Shown: piece after piece, positions 62,601 to 64,000 of the stretch
Layout of the letters: each line of letters begins with the position of its first letter
Position numbering within the stretch: the stretch's first letter is position 1
Assembly (NCBI GenBank): GCA_965202585.1
Contig: OZ241830.1
Location: forward strand, 20,646,001 to 20,710,000
Length of the DNA stretch: 64,000 bases
Reading direction: 5' to 3'
Source of the DNA: Thalia democratica
Taxonomy: Eukaryota
Position numbers and translations under genes: made by a program
Notes under the pieces: generated by a model
What the model saw: only the letters and a program-made list of their open reading frames with translations
Told to the model about the DNA's origin: nothing
The model's database searches: none

Positions 62601-62928
62601 AATTCATGACCTTGTGTTGTTTTTTGAAAATTTTTAAAAGTAAACTATTCGACCTGTAATACACTTAATTCAGTTTACAAATGACAAAACAAATAAGCAA
62701 GTTTAATCTACCCAGACGACCGGCTGACGGAGGAGAGCTTCGTGCTGAGGAGCGACATAGAAACAGCATACAAGGTGGTCAAGCAGTGCCTGTACCAGAA
62801 AACTTTGGGGTGCTTGGACGAGTGGGCGAACCGGAAGTGCGGCGGTTGCCATGTCGACGTCATCGGGGACTACACTCTGTGGGCCAAGTTCATGTACACC
62901 TGCCTGTCCCACGGACTCACCAGGACTG
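59622..62928 (+). CDS. First three exons of a gene with an SPX-like N-terminal domain (continues beyond the window)
   Basis: Exons 59622-59652, 60268-60408, 62716-62928 join in frame (all phase 1): MSHSDIINMTDEKSGKAKFFKQVCRGVMYVPVWLKYKSLKKTIRRRILKEKHADKNDDDRLTEESFVLRSDIETAYKVVKQCLYQKTLGCLDEWANRKCGGCHVDVIGDYTLWAKFMYTCLSHGLTRT. KFFKQ...KYKSLKKTIR resembles the SPX start KFGK...YKxLKKxIK. Gene structure is well supported; the SPX label is moderate. Confidence 0.65.
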
Positions 62929-64000
62929 GTCAGTTCTACAGTATTTTGTTATTAGTGATCTATTAAAATATTTAAACATAATTTCAACCCAATGAAATTA
63001 GGATTGTACACTAAAAAGGTATGAGTACAAACAAAATTGTTGGTTCAGTCTTTTCAATCGGTTATTTGTTGGTACACAGCTTTTAACTAATAGAAGTTGT
63101 TCTTAGCAAAATATTTTTCCAAAATTGCGATAACATTAACGATTTTTCGATATTTTTAAGAGTTTTGCAAATTATCAAAAATAAGCTAACTGTATAGAGT
63201 AAATTTAAATGTAATACTACTTATTTTAAAATGTTTATACGCCTTTTTTGGTTCCAGAAGCTTTAAAACCCACAAAAACGATTAAATTTAGATACATTTA
63301 AAACATATAATTTTTACTTAATAGTCACAGACATACACTCAATTGGAAAAGTTAGCGCGATAAATTGTCAAAACTGTTTTGATTCTCTTTTTGCTTTACT
63401 TAATTTACGAACGGATGTCATTAGAAAGTAGTTAAAATTATTCGTAATTAAGTATTGACAAAATTTACTATTGTTTAATTTGTCATAGTCAAAACAAAGA
63501 AAAACAAAGTAACTATACTAAATATTAAAACATATGCGTATTTTTTAAACTAGTTTCTTTTTAAATTGTAAAGTCAAATTGAAACTTGTTTATTTTTTGA
63601 CCTACTTTTAAGAAGCAAAACGGTAATACTCTAGGTTATTAAAAAAGATATTTTTGCGAATTCATATTTTATTTTAAATAATATTTTAAAAATAAATATG
63701 CAATAATAAAGTGTAGTGAATAACTAACTACTTAATACATTATTGAGCTCAATACAGCTTGTTAATTCGTGAGACTTGAAAAACAAAACAAGAACTTATA
63801 ATAAGTTAATACATAGCAATAAATATCAAGTACAACTTTAAGAAAAAATTCAATTTAAATACTATTTACTATGTTATTTAAATACCATTTTTTTATCATT
63901 CAATATATTTCAGTTAACAAACCTTAACTTTGGTATTTAAAATAAATTAAATACTGTTTTCAAGTAAAAAGAAATTTAAAGTTTTTAAGTAAAATTTAGT

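Noticed and set aside
62681-62995. Alternative frames (104 aa plus, 69 aa minus) over the GC-rich exon
   Set aside because: Shadow ORFs of high GC content; only the DDRLTEESF frame joins the upstream exons.

Overview
Very AT-rich, intron-rich eukaryotic genomic DNA, most consistent with an invertebrate animal; the species cannot be named from the sequence. I rebuilt gene models by hand from splice sites and reading frames. Left half (0-26.5 kb) is a transposon-dense protease cluster. It holds two tandem + strand ADAM/ADAMTS-like zinc metalloprotease paralogs: the 3' half of one at 299-2465 and a complete 13-exon model at 6370-13886, both ending in an unassigned six-cysteine module. It also holds an intronless calpain-like ORF (26457-25000, minus strand) whose catalytic triad reads Cys-His-Asp and whose last ~42 codons run into a hAT transposon end, plus a convergent calpain pseudogene (15.4-18.3 kb) split by a foldback-like element carrying a decayed PHD finger, itself hit by a hAT MITE. 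The middle (27-39 kb) is mostly MITEs, minisatellites and one orphan GC-rich exon-like segment with a decayed copy. The right half has a complete 10-exon single-pass ZP-domain gene (40202-47590), a CR1/L2-type LINE fragment and the first three exons of an SPX-like gene (59622 onward). There is a 143-nt assembly gap at 26576-26718. No rRNA, tRNA or CRISPR array was recognised. Family names come from motif recognition, not database searches.
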